Assembly: GCA_965203295.1 (NCBI GenBank)
Contig: CBDBCZ010000013.1
Location: 544,001 to 608,000 of the forward strand
Source: Nitrospirales bacterium
GTDB taxonomy: Bacteria; Nitrospirota; Nitrospiria; Nitrospirales; UBA8639
Length of the DNA: 64,000 bases
Direction: 5' to 3'
How positions within the stretch are numbered: the first letter of the stretch is position 1; each line of letters starts with the position of its first letter. The translations under genes were made by a program, and so were the position numbers. This document shows, piece by piece, positions 1 to 12,900 of the stretch. The notes below the pieces were generated by a model. It did no database searches and was not told where the DNA came from. It saw nothing but the letters and a program-made list of their open reading frames with translations.

Positions 1-354
1 TTCAATATCCCCTTGCTCGTTGCAGGTGACTCTACTAGAATTGGCCGGAAAAAGAGCTGAGTAACCATGAAGTACTAGCTTCGTGAAATTTTTAAAGGCG
101 ACATGACGATCAAGGATATGATTGCCTGGTAGAAACACTAGACGTGTATCAGAGGGGAAGTAGGCAGTGTCGTTCTGTACGTATTCCACGAGAGTAAAGC
201 AGGGCTCTCCAGGGCAGGGAATATCAGACGAGGTTGTGATGTAATAAACACTCTCAGCAGAGCATGGAAGGGGGTATCTTGTAGCCAGAAGTATCAATAA
301 CATACTAGCAACAACTTGCAACTGTGTGAAAGCTGTCATTGCTTGAGATGCCAT
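1..354 (-). CDS. 5' part of a signal-peptide protein, truncated by the window edge; resembles the N-terminus of sponge Pmp-like / right-handed beta-helix membrane proteins
   Basis: ATG at 354 is open to position 1: MASQAMTAFTQLQVVASMLLILLATRYPLPCSAESVYYITTSSDIPCPGEPCFTLVEYVQNDTAYFPSDTRLVFLPGNHILD... It has a hydrophobic signal segment and a CPGEPC-TL..Y..FLPGNH motif. A pyrimidine-rich acceptor (ctttctcttcccctttcag) lies at ~399-417 on the minus strand. The family call is from motif recall only. Confidence 0.65.
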   Translation of the reverse strand, partial: MASQAMTAFTQLQVVASMLLILLATRYPLPCSAESVYYITTSSDIPCPGEPCFTLVEYVQNDTAYFPSDTRLVFLPGNHILDRHVAFKNFTKLVLHGYSALFPANSSRVTCNEQGDIE

Positions 355-1801
355 CCTGCATGTACTTATTAAAGTCTTGACCAGCAGTACATTTCAGCCT
401 GAAAGGGGAAGAGAAAGTTTGGGTATTGTAATGTGAAAGCATAAGTAATACCAAATGGCAGCTTACATTAATCGTGAAAGTGTTTTTTAGTGGTTTTCAT
501 GGCTTGAAATACCATCACATTGCAACATGCAGTCATAATTTACTGGTTTATATGATTGTTTTATGGTTGTGATAACAACACTGTAGATACAGTTTAGCTA
601 GGTGTGTCAACAGTATTTGGCAAAATAAAAGTAATATTGTAACAGTCCTGATTGATATAGTTGTCATAGGGTCATGATAACAAAATTGTAGCTACTGTAA
701 CAGTGTAACTAGGAACAGTATTTGGTAAAACGAAAATATGTCTTGGAATGATACCATACACAGCCAAATCCCAAAATTCTATCAAAGATACCCTCCACCA
801 TGAACCCACAAAAGAACATCAGGAGCGCAATGTCACACATGAAGCAGTGGGATTGGGAAACATCTTCGAAATGCTATAGTGAAAGCAATCCAATACAGTT
901 CCAAACTGTCACTTCTGCTACTGGAATAACTTGCCCAAATCCGTTTGGCTAGCCGCAAGTCTGGTAGCTTAGGCTATTGGGATAATTATATCCAATGTTG
1001 TCAATTGTACTAGCTGCTGGAGGCCAGGGTGGTACTGGTGCAAGTAGAAGCCTGTATGTAATGTCCCCAGAAGTCCTGCATGCATGGGTTAACTTGAAAG
1101 CCTGTATCTTGATTACAGTTACTGTTTCGTGCCAAACTTGCACCAAGTTCTGTACCAAGCCGATTCTGATGTGACAAAATCTTGGTGTATTTTGTATGAA
1201 CATCTCTTCTTTGCTTTTGTATAGTCACTGTTGTACATGCAGAAGTATAGGTACAATGATGCATATAAAATCAGTGTGCTCTGCACTCTTTTTACAGCAC
1301 AACTCTTATTATCAGTGTGCTATATCTATGACCACTTGAAAAAAAAACAACAAAAAACAAGTTACCGGTATGTGTATTACACACTTATCTGCAATGATAA
1401 TGTGGCCTGCACTCAAAAATGTGCTACAGCCACCTTCTTTCTCTAAGAGTGTGAAGACCCCATGCATGGTAGTGTTTATTTCTTAAGGATGAGTCATAAA
1501 CCGCTATATAGTCACGACTGCAGCGACAGAGCAACACTAATTGACCAGCTCTTTATAGTGGTTAGCCCACTGATGTCAACTAGCTATATATGTGATTTTC
1601 AGTCATGCACTAATATTAGTCCCTTGGCTGTTCTCCTGTATAGTATATATACCACACATGTACTCAATCTGTTAGACTAATAATTATTTTGGACCACCAG
1701 TAAAGGACAAGAGCCAGCCGACTGCAATAACGTTAGGATTGTTTTAACCAAGCTTTTTGCCATTTAAGAGTTGGCTTTGTATATATATATTCAAGCTTGA
1801 C

Positions 1802-1957
1802 GACATAGAAACACAGCCAGAAAGCTAGCTTGACATAGAAACACAGCCAGAAAGCTAGCTTGACATAGAAACACAGCCAGAAAGCTAGCTTGACATAGAA
1901 ACACAGCCAGAAAGCTAGCTTGACATAGAAACACAGCCAGAAAGCTAGCTTGACATA
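1802..1957. repeat. 30-bp tandem repeat, ~5 copies
   Basis: The unit gacatagaaacacagccagaaagctagctt is repeated perfectly. Confidence 0.95.
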
Positions 1958-3389
1958 ATACATAGGAAGCCAATCATAGGAAACAGAGCTACTAACATGT
2001 AGTTTCCCCATGTAGCATAGGCACTTGTCATGCAGTATTCCAGTAATTATCACCATGACAAATCTGTCATGTTAGCATTTTTAGTTTCATCTTAGTTGTA
2101 CCATGGCAGCCATACCTATCAAAGGGACCACCTGTACTGTATAGCTTATCACACTGCCAGACAGATTAATGCCTCAGATTAGAAACCTTTGCTGTGTCAG
2201 TGGTTAGGTTTCGAATTCCCCTCAGCCAAAAAGTGCTTCCAACATCTGCTTACCCTAAAAACCCAGCACTCGGGCGGATTTTTTTTTGCACAAGTGCGGG
2301 AAGGCCTGGGTTTGAGGCTACCCCATGCTATCCCATGCTATAGCTTAATGCTACCCCATGCTATAGCTTACTATCAGACCTTCACCAACTTCCTTCCTCC
2401 CAACCTGAGCCTCAAGTTTCAGTACGCACATGTGTACATACTAAAAAGTGTGCTATTTGTGCATACACAAATGTGTAGCAAAAAAAAACAAAATTTATGT
2501 GTCCATTTTACACGAGCACACTTTAGTGAGCCAATTCAGGGGACAAAAACGTGTAAAATAAACATACTGAAAAGTGTGCATACACAAATGTGTAGCAAAA
2601 CACAATATAAATGTGTTCTAGCAATTCGTTTCAGGGACCCTAGTGTGTTATTTCAGTGTATTACGAGTGTGTCATTCTTGCACACAGGAATTAAGAGTGT
2701 ATAACAGCACCCTTAACATTACAAGCTACTCCACACAATGACCTGGCCGCTGACCCATAATGATGGTATCATGTTTGTCTCATAGGTCATCTTTATACTA
2801 ATCTGTACAGATTTATTGTTTTTGTAGGATATAGCTATAGTTATGAAGACTCATGGGCCGAATTTGGCCTGCTGCCCTCGGGGTGGGTCTATCATGTAAC
2901 TATTTATCCTACTACTAGTTTTGCATGACAGCCTCTTTGAGTGTTGACTACACACTGAATGCTATTTTCAGTTGTTACTTTGTTTTATGGGAAACCTTTT
3001 GTTTGTGCCATTTTGGGTTCGGAAACAGAGCTCAGACATTAAAGATTTCAATCATAAGTCTCTGTGCATTTTTGCTTTATTTGATAACCCAGTTTTCTTT
3101 TTGCACCACTGATGATGTGATACTGGACAACTGAGCAACCTGTACTCATACATAAGATGACGTAGCAGTGATAACTCACTCGTAACTCAGTCCTGCGAAT
3201 TGAAACGCAGCGGAAGCTCTCACGGATTTCTTGTTCGGTAGTCGACTATCAGTATGTGGTCGGTCTTGCTGTACTGTATGAATGAAAGTCGAGCTGAAGG
3301 AGTAACACGGCGGTTAAAGGCGCACTATTTTCCATGTGAGGATGAATGAACTGCAGTGCAGTTTATATTTAATATATACCTGCAGCTTC

Positions 3390-3692
3390 ATCGAAACTCG
3401 CGCCAGGCGCCACGCACCATGCGAGACAGGAAGTGGTCGGCCGGTCACGGCGCCGGCGCGCGCACACGTACGTCTGCGTCTTACAACGACGTAATCTGTT
3501 TACTTATTTTTTTGGTTAGTAAAGGGTTAATTTCCTAGTTGCGTAACTCCTGTGCGTTTCGGCGGGTTGTGCAATTCTCATTCAGAGCTATCTAAAAATA
3601 GCTCTGTGCCTGGACATTTAAAGTGTAGGTTTGTGTAGCGGCAAGAAGAATATTCGGAACACCGGCACCTGTACGAGTTGAATTTAACTGAG
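3390..3692 (+). promoter_or_regulatory. CpG-rich promoter and probable non-coding first exon of RIOK3
   Basis: CpG-dense stretch (ggccggtcacggcgccggcgcgcgc) with an ETS-like CAGGAAGTG at ~3427 and a donor AG|GTAAGC at 3692/3693. An acceptor at 3930-3931 lies just before the RIOK3 ATG. Confidence 0.45.
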
Positions 3693-3838
3693 GTAAGCGG
3701 CGCATGAGATGTCCCTGTGGAAACTCCCCCCGAGTATGTGTGTTGGACTCATTTCTTCCTACACTGGTCTCTGTTGACACATGTGAAACAGCTGGAATAG
3801 TCAGCGTTTAAGTACACTCTAAGACTTGTCTTGTCTAC

Positions 3839-3930
<92 letters not shown>

Positions 3931-3933
3931 GTC

Positions 3934-6900
3934 ATGGAGTTTGGCGTCCAGACCGTACCCCCTCCCTCAGACGCAGTCCCCAAGCGCAAGAACCCCTGGG
4001 GCCCTCCCCCCACGGCGGCCCTGCCCTGCTCCCTGGCCGCAGTGATGGACGAGGAACTGGCTAAGAAGATGCAGAGCGAGGAAGAGCAGCGTGCATACAG
4101 GTGAGGCCACTCCAGATTAACGTTTGGTTTCTGGTCCTCCACCTGCTTCCTATAAACCCTTAATTTGTCACTATTTGTTATGGGGGGGAAAGAGGCACTA
4201 AATGGAGAAAACACATGAAAAACATCCATGTTTTAGTATAATTTTTCCATTTAGTGCCTACTTTTACCTCCCATTACATCATATAATGTTGTTTTTGTAC
4301 CTGTAGCCTCCTTTATTTTAGTATTCTGTACTGTAATCGCACGCAACGTTGAACGTAATCATTTTTAACGGCATAAAATGTGTATTATGTAGAGAAAGCT
4401 GGCGAACATATATACCTTTGTGAACTTCAGTATACTACTGCAATACTCACACAGTGTACTAGCACTTAATCTGCAAACTCTGGTACATGTATAATACCAA
4501 ATGCACTGCAATAACTTGTGCAGAGAAAGCTGGCGAACATACACCTTTGTGAGCACAGTGTACTAGCACTTAATCTGCAAACTCTGGTATAATACCAAAT
4601 GCACTGCAATAACTTGTGCACAAAGCCCGGCCCATGGACACATGCAGTTGTGATCTCCCCCGGCCGTCTTGGTGAGAGCACTTAAGCAGAAAACTCTCCA
4701 TGCTGATCGATGCTGTCAACATATCATTCATGTATCTGAGCTGATGTTGCCCTGCTTGAGAACCAGTAGACAGATGCAGTAGGGGGTGGTAGCTACATGT
4801 AGATGATGCTCAATCTATTCACTTGCTTGCAATTGGTGTGTCTAAAATGGGCATATGAATTCACCATGCACAGTACATTCTGAATCAAGACATGCAGGCC
4901 CTCACTGTGAATACATGTATATACTCAAACAAGCAGAGACTGTTTACAGACATCAAATACCCCCCCCCCCCCCCCCCCCCCCCACCCCCTCCCTGTCCCC
5001 AGATACCAACTCCCCGGACACCCGACCCCGCCCCCTCCCACCTCTGCAGACGACCCTACCACCACCAGTGACCTGCTGCTGGCCCAGATGATGCAACTGG
5101 AGTTCGACCGTGAGCACGACCTCCTGCTGCGAGCGGAGGAGAGGCAGTTCAACAGGGACAGCAAGGGTGAGCCCCCCGGCTGTCCAAATTGCTGAGTCTG
5201 TGTGATACTATTCTAGCTACATGTAGCCAGGGTTCTCTCTATGTTGCTAGCTTTATAGGGGCACTGTACCCCCCTATTGTGATAAAGTACCCCTACCTCT
5301 ATAGGGCCTAAATGCACCTACATGTATGTATACTCTACCCCCTTATTTTCAGAGATTATAAATGCTAGGTTAGGTGATGAGATGAGATACAACGACAATA
5401 TAGTAACAGTAGTATCACAGATTCAGCAGTACACAGTTTTTAACTTAATAATATGTCATAGTGATGTAATTAGTGCAAGTTCCCCCTTATTGCATAATTC
5501 TGGTGAGAACACTTCATGTAGTTATGCCCATCTATTACCCACCTAGGGTAAAAGTTGTAGTGATCCCTAGGTAGGAGAAAGCTTGGATATACATGTAGCT
5601 ACATGTAGCTAGACTGTCCTTGCCATATCTTCTTAACACAGTGGTTACAAGTGACTAGGGATAAGGGAGTACCCCGTGCACATTGCTAGAGTTGTCTGAT
5701 AGGGCTTTATCTTGCCGGCATATGATTTCCATACAAAATAGTCATTCTGTGTAACCCTTCTGCTCTGGCCGGGTCGCAGTTAAAGTGTACGTCCTATTTA
5801 GAGGGGTGTCCTCATTTCACGGGCTATATTTACAGAGGTTTGCAAGTTGTTTGTTTGCAGGAGAAGGCATATAGGCAGTGCCTCTCAAGTACTTAATTAG
5901 GTTAGGCTGTTGCACTGGACAACCAACCTGCAAACCTCTGTATACACGTAAGACAGTGCATTCGGGACTTTACAAAGTGTCCTTGATATAGAGGTGTCCT
6001 CCCTCGTCCTGAATAGAGTGGCTCCAGTGATACATTAGGCTGTGAATGCCATATTCATATGCTTGACCATTACTCCTTCATTAAGTTTCATCAAACAGTG
6101 AGACCCCTGTATCCTGGTCCCTGGAATGGAGGATAGCTCCTTTGCAATTCAGGGGTTTGCATAATTATTATTATACAATTTAGGGGTTATAGACATGTAC
6201 ATAGACTAGACTGTGAATACCACGGTGATCACTCCCTCTATTATCAAGTGATAGTCTAGCTAGAGTGTACTTAAGTTTCTTTTTTCCTGTGTCTTGTATT
6301 GATGTGCCCTTGAGGAAGTTTACAGTACGACAACCGAAACATTGGCAGTTTGATGAATTCTTTGAAATATCTGTTGCGAGGATATGTATATCTCAAGATG
6401 ACTACTAGCCAACCGAGAATCCCCCTTTAACACTCTATTATCAAGTTTCAATGACTGTGGAACTGCTATATTCTGGACACCGTTGGGACTAAGTAAAGTG
6501 TCCTGTTTAGAGGAGTGTCAGGGTAATAAACACACAGTTGGGACTTTGAGGACACCTCTACATTAAGGATGTGTTGTAAAGTCCCAGGCTTTATTTTAGT
6601 ATAAATTAACCCTGACATCCTTCTTAACAGGACACTTTAGTCCCAATGGTGTCCGGAATATAGGCCACTGAAACTTGACTATGTAAAGTGTCCAGTTTAG
6701 AGACTCATTTCAGGGATTTTTTTATACTAATAAAGCCTAATTATATATATACACGTTTGGGACTTAATTTACAAAGCATATCATCCTTACTGTAGAGGTG
6801 TCCTCAATTCAGGGGTTTGCATATAATACACTAGACTGTGAATGCCATTGAATCTTGAGTGATAGCCATAGCATTCACAGTTTGGTCTGTATATACATTC

Positions 6901-9900
6901 AAACCACTGAACTGAGGATTAAGGTGAAGTCCCAGACATATTAGGCTTTATTTGAGCCCCTGAAATGAGGACACTCCTCTAAACGTAAACTGGACACTTT
7001 ACTTTGTCCTGAAGATAGAGTGATTCCACTGTTAACTCAATGGTATAGCTAGCAAATGTAGTTGATTGCTGTCTTCTCCCCCCTCCCCAGTGCGAGTGTC
7101 GTTTGAGAACTTCCGCTCCCTGCCCCCCTCCCAGCTGCAGGACGAGGGAGAGGGGGACAGCCAGGAGGAGGGGGAGGGGGAGGGGGAGGTGTCAGGTACG
7201 TCAGATACACAGTGCTATATATACAGTAGCTGTAGTGAGGGGTGAATTTCCAACACAGTAGCTGTGGTCACGTGATAATCAAGTATTGTTGCATGGTGTG
7301 TGCCACTGGGTGGATCAAGGAGAGTGGAAGGCCTTGCATGAGTTACATGTATGAGCTTTTGTATATAGAATGCCCTTTCCACATAATTCGTACATTTACA
7401 GTGGAACCCCTCTTAATTAAAGGACACCCTGCACTTCTGTAAGGACACTTTGCATGCTATATGTTCCAGGCCCCCAAGGTGTCGACATTAGAGGGGTTCC
7501 AATGTACATGTAATAGCACTATACTGTTTCCGTGAAAGTGTGCATGTGCATTATTGCACTCATGAAAGTGAAATGTGGCCGAATATTGCACTCATATACG
7601 TGTTGGCAAGTACTTTGCCCACTCCAGCAATATCCATCCATTCAAGTACATGTACATGTATTTTACAAATATTATTGTTATTGACCCCGTCCATCCTACA
7701 TGTACATGTGTTCGTACATATAACTCTCCCCATTGTTCTCCTCGTACAGTGCCAGGACCCTCCTTCTCCCGGGGTCGTCGGAGGTCAAAGGGTGTTCCTT
7801 TCGGAGCGACCACCAAGCACGATCCCATCTTGTGTGGGAGGAAGAATGTCAGGAACATGGAGAAAGTACGTCTACCTATACATGTAGTAGCTACATGTAC
7901 CTAGACTATGCATGCACATGTACATGTAGTAAGGATATGAATGTGTAATATTGGGCCTTCACTTGCGGGGCACTCTCTCCCCCCCTTTTGAAAACTTGTC
8001 TCCCCCTTAATTTGAGAATTCTGTCCTGGTGCCAGTACATGTACATGTATCGTGAAACAACTGCTTCACCTCCCCTCCTATGGACAATGTTCAGGGGTTG
8101 AATTGTCAAGGGGTGGGGGGCAAAATGGTGTGTTCATGACTTTGGGTGGGGAGGGGGGGGGGGTGTACAATTAAAGTGTGCTTTGGAATTAGGCAACCTA
8201 AATTGACTAGGCGGCGCTTTCAGTTGCGTACTTTCTGTACTGTGCTTCCTGTCTTTTGTGTATGTAATTATGTAGCTGTACTTCCTTACTGTACTTCCTG
8301 TCATATGTAATTATGTCCCTGTATACTTCCTGTATTGTGCTTCCTGTATTCCTGTACATATGCCTAACATTAAAAATATGTCTTCACCTTTTAGGTTTTG
8401 ATGCATGAGGGAATATTGCCTGTGGAAATATTGCTGGGAAAAGTATTGACATAGAAGGTCCACAAAAGACTAGAGTGTGTAATTATGGCAAAATAATGTA
8501 CATGGAATACAGTATAGAGTTTCACCATGGCCACGAGAACTATATACTAGGTATACGCATGTTACTGAGACTGCTGTTGGGTATGCTACCAAGCAGGTCC
8601 ATCTGTCTCATAACTTCAGCCGTTCCCTCCCCTCCCCTCCCCTCCCCTCCCCTCCCCTCCCCTCCCCTCCCCTCCCCTCCCCTCCCCTCCCCTCCTCCAG
8701 TTTCCGGTGGAGTTTGCCAGTGGTGACCTGGGTGATGAGCAGCAGGACTACCGGCTACCGAACAGCGTCTTTAACACCCTCAGGCAACATTCCTACAAGG
8801 AACAGAAACAGGTGGGATTTGTTGGGAGGGGAGGGGAGGGGAGGGGAGGGGAGGGGAGGGGATATTACCAGTCATACTGCTGTAAGCTACAAAGGCAACA
8901 AACAATTCAGATCAAAAATCGACTTATTACATGTATTCTATTTGCTGCATTACTCCAAAAATCTTCCTATTGTGCTCAACAATATTTTAATGCCTGTATT
9001 TACTGTTTTTGTATGGCTTCAAGCAATTAGACTTAAAAAGAAGGGTGTTATAATTAGTTACTAATAAGGGTTACTAAAACACTTCAGTATTAGATAGCCA
9101 TAACTAATGAGGCTGTACTTGATTTTGGCGAAAAAAATTTTTTTTTACTCCTACTGTTTTTAGTTTCAGTTCCATGTAACTGAAACAAAAGTGCTACAAC
9201 ACTACATTAAATGTAACCCTCAACCAGAACTAGCTGTTTTACAACTTTAAGCACAGCTTGCATGGGTGTTGCGTATTTTAGCAATTTCCTGTACAATCGC
9301 CGACACGATATTGGACCACACCCCTACAAGGTCTGACGGTAAGACATCGGTAGCTAGCTTGCTCGAGGCCAAAGCTATTTGTTGCCGAAGCGTTGAACGC
9401 TCGGGCCTGAGAATGTCGCTCTGATCTAATACACCTGGTACACGAAAAGATTGTGTTTGTTTGTGTCGGTGTTGTCGAACTGCAAAAAAGCACACATCCG
9501 GTTAAGGGTTGTATGCATATGGAGGTGACCTAAAAGCATCTGTATTGCTGTTGTTTGCATCGTAAAGCTGCACTGTAGGACAATAGGGGCTTTCCAAAAC
9601 CACGCCCCCTCCTTTAACTTTTCTACCAGTATTGTGATCTACTTGCCTTCGTTAGTACTCTATGACTGCTGGCTAACTTCCAAATTTCAGTTGTATATAT
9701 TGTTTCATTTTACCAGATTTGCACGCTTAAAGTTTACAAATTCCCTATACATTTAAATAGAGAGTGAGGCCAGATTGGGTCCTACATGTAGCTATGTATT
9801 GGTTGAAATCGGGAGTGTGTATGTCTCAGAAACTAAACTGCTAGCCAGCTCATACATGTATGTGCACCTTAGTCTCTCCCTAATGACTATTAAGTCATAT

Positions 9901-12900
9901 TGAAAATGCTGGACAATAAGAGGAATATACCTCCGACAAGTGGGTGTGTTTTGGAAAGCCCTTATTATACTTAAACAGAGCGAAGAAGTTGCAGTTCAAT
10001 GTAGCAGCATGCAGGTGACTATGAGCCCTGTTCTACTCTGTGAACGATTGTATCGCTGACTCATGCTACCTTCTGCAGACATATCCCATTATTCGATACT
10101 CCATCCCTTTGATCTCTTGATGGCACTAAAGAACATGATAATGTAGGAACACATACAAATTAGTTGCAGGAAAACATGCTTTAGCACTAGCACTAATTAA
10201 CATACCACTTTGAAGAAGAAGGTGTTATTGATGGCGGAATGTTTCTTTCCCATATTTCTATAGGGTGTGTAACATACGGGTACACTGTTTTGTCTCTAAA
10301 AACTATGTAGTTCTGTACACACCCGAGTCTCATTAACTCAGACCCAACCCATACCTGGTGGTGCAAAGTATGCCACCTGAAAAATTCTTGGTAAGAGCCT
10401 CATGAGGTGTTTACGACGTTTGTGCAAACCACTTTCATCACAATTATTTGCAATGCACGCTCATTGCACAGGTGACACTTGTCATGAAGGAAGCTACATG
10501 TACAGTGTACATGTACATGTACTTATATGTATATGCGAAGCCTGAGCCCAGCTTCACAAAGAATAGTTATAATTATAGTTACACAACCCTCGTAGACAAT
10601 GTACATATACTGTACATGTATACCTAATTACGTACATGTGCTTTAGGGTTTCATCCAAAAAAAAATTTTTTTTGGGGGGGGGGGGTAGCTTAACATGCCC
10701 ATTTGTAGGGGTTTCTGGGGGCATGTCCCCCCAGATTTTTTTGGGCAAATTTTGAGTGCTCTGAGAGGCCATTTGGTGGCTTCTGAGGCTACTGTGGAGA
10801 GGAGCTTCAGTGACATGAAACTTGTTAAAACGAGCTTTCATCATTAATTAATCTGCATCTGTGGCTTAGGGGGAGGGGGAAGCTGGGAGGGAAGTTTCTT
10901 CCCCCTGCCCCCCCCCCCCCCCCCCTCCCCCACTGGATGAAACCCTGCTTAGGAGCTTCATAGAGGCATGTGAATAGCTTTGTGAATGGTTTGAGACACG
11001 TTCGCGAATCTAGCTTTTTTTGCGAACATGCCTGTACGTGCATCTTTACTGCTCACTCGCAGTACCCTACATATTATGTACGTAGTATTTCCCATGAGGC
11101 AAAGTTCTGCCCAGGACTGCCTTGTGTATTCTGTTCAAAACTGTAATTATGGTGTTCCTCTCTCCCCACCACCACCACCACCACGCACCACCAGGCTCAG
11201 CGGCTCCACGAGAAGAAGGAGCACTCCACCCAGGAGCACGTGTTTGACCCCAGGACACGCCTCCTGCTCTTCAAGCTGGTGGACGCCGGGGTCCTCACGG
11301 AGGTGAACGGCTGCGTCAGCACCGGGAAGGAGGCCAGCATCTACCACGCAGGCGGAGGGAGGTGGGTGGAGCCAGGGGGTGGAGCTTATGGGTGGAGCCA
11401 GGGGGTGGAGGACTTAGTGTTGTTTTAGTATGGTGTCACATAATTATATTTAGTTTTAGTAAAAGGCTACATGTACATGTATTAGAGAACAAAAGTTTAG
11501 TTTTAGGTTTAGCTAGCCAACTAAAATGACAAGTCTGACATTTCATGTCTAAAAAAAACAGCCGGATGCCTTTCCCGTACAACACACACAACTCAGCTTA
11601 GGCCAAGCTATTAAACTACAGCTGTAGAGCCAGAGATACAATATTCCTAGAACGGTACAGCAAAAGTGCTGACTCAGCAGTTTCATCATGTGCCTCCAGT
11701 TAGTAGCTATACGCCACCAAAACAGGATCTTTACGGCTACCTACCACGTTTTCACCATCTAGGCAACACAAAACTACCTTCATTTGCTGTAGCTTGGCCT
11801 GCAAACCTCCAAAAGCTGCTATACACTGCAGTTGCATAGTAACATATGACGTAATATATTGCGCACGTGATAAGTGCGGACGCACAAACAGACAAACAAA
11901 CAAACAAACAAACAGACACGGAAAACGTAAAGCAATCTTAGTACCAGCCGTTCGCGCGCTGCGTGCGCTCCGGCTGGTAAAAAGGTTACTAAAACACTAT
12001 TTCAGTATTAGTTAACCATAACAAAATGGGTTGATTTTGGTGATAAAAATATTACCCAGGGGCCAGTGCCTTTGAAGGTTTAGTTATTTAATAAAATCTG
12101 TTTTTACTCCTACTACAAAGACTTTTTATTTTTATTTTCAGATACTGTGTGTATTATTCCTGCCCTCTAGCATGGAGGATCAGCCTATCCCCTCCGAGTG
12201 TGCTCTCAAAGTGTTCAAGACCACCCTCAACGAGTTCCGCAGCCGCGACCGCTACATCAAAGACGACTACCGCTTCAAGGACCGCTTCAGCAAGATGAAC
12301 CCCCGCAAGGTGGTGCGGCTGTGGGCAGAGAAGGAGCTGCACAACCTCAAGAGGTACAGCTGGCTAGCTGGTGCATGGAGTTCTAGGGAGTGGCAAGACT
12401 GGTCTGTGGTTCTCACTGCAGTAGTGTACATGAAAACTATTCATTACCATGTACCGTAGGACCGGTTTCAATTGCGATAATCAGAAATGAGGACACCTCT
12501 CTATACAGAACATTTCACCAGGTCCCCAATGTGTCCACATTAAAGGGGTTCCACTGTAGCTATATTAAATAAGTGTAGAGAGTTTGAATTCATATGTATG
12601 CGTATTCTCACATGTACGAGCATTGTCTACGTGTGTGTGTGAGTGATGTCAGCACAAGCACCATGGAAGACTTGTAACTCTAACCCTAACCCCTCCTCTC
12701 CTGCAGGCTACACGAGGCCGGCATCCCCTGTCCTGAGGTGGTGCTACTGAAGAAGCACATACTGATTATGAGTTTCATCGGGCGTGACCACAAGCCTGCG
12801 CCCAAACTCAAGGAGGTCAGGCTGTCTCGGGAGCAACTGCAGAGTGCATACCAGCAGTGTATACAAGTGAGTATACGTGCATTGTCAATTTTTGCCTGAA

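Noticed and set aside
1733..2056. ORFs with repeated YVKLAFWLCF / CQASFLAVFL
   Set aside because: Translation of the 30-bp tandem repeat; no splice or codon evidence.
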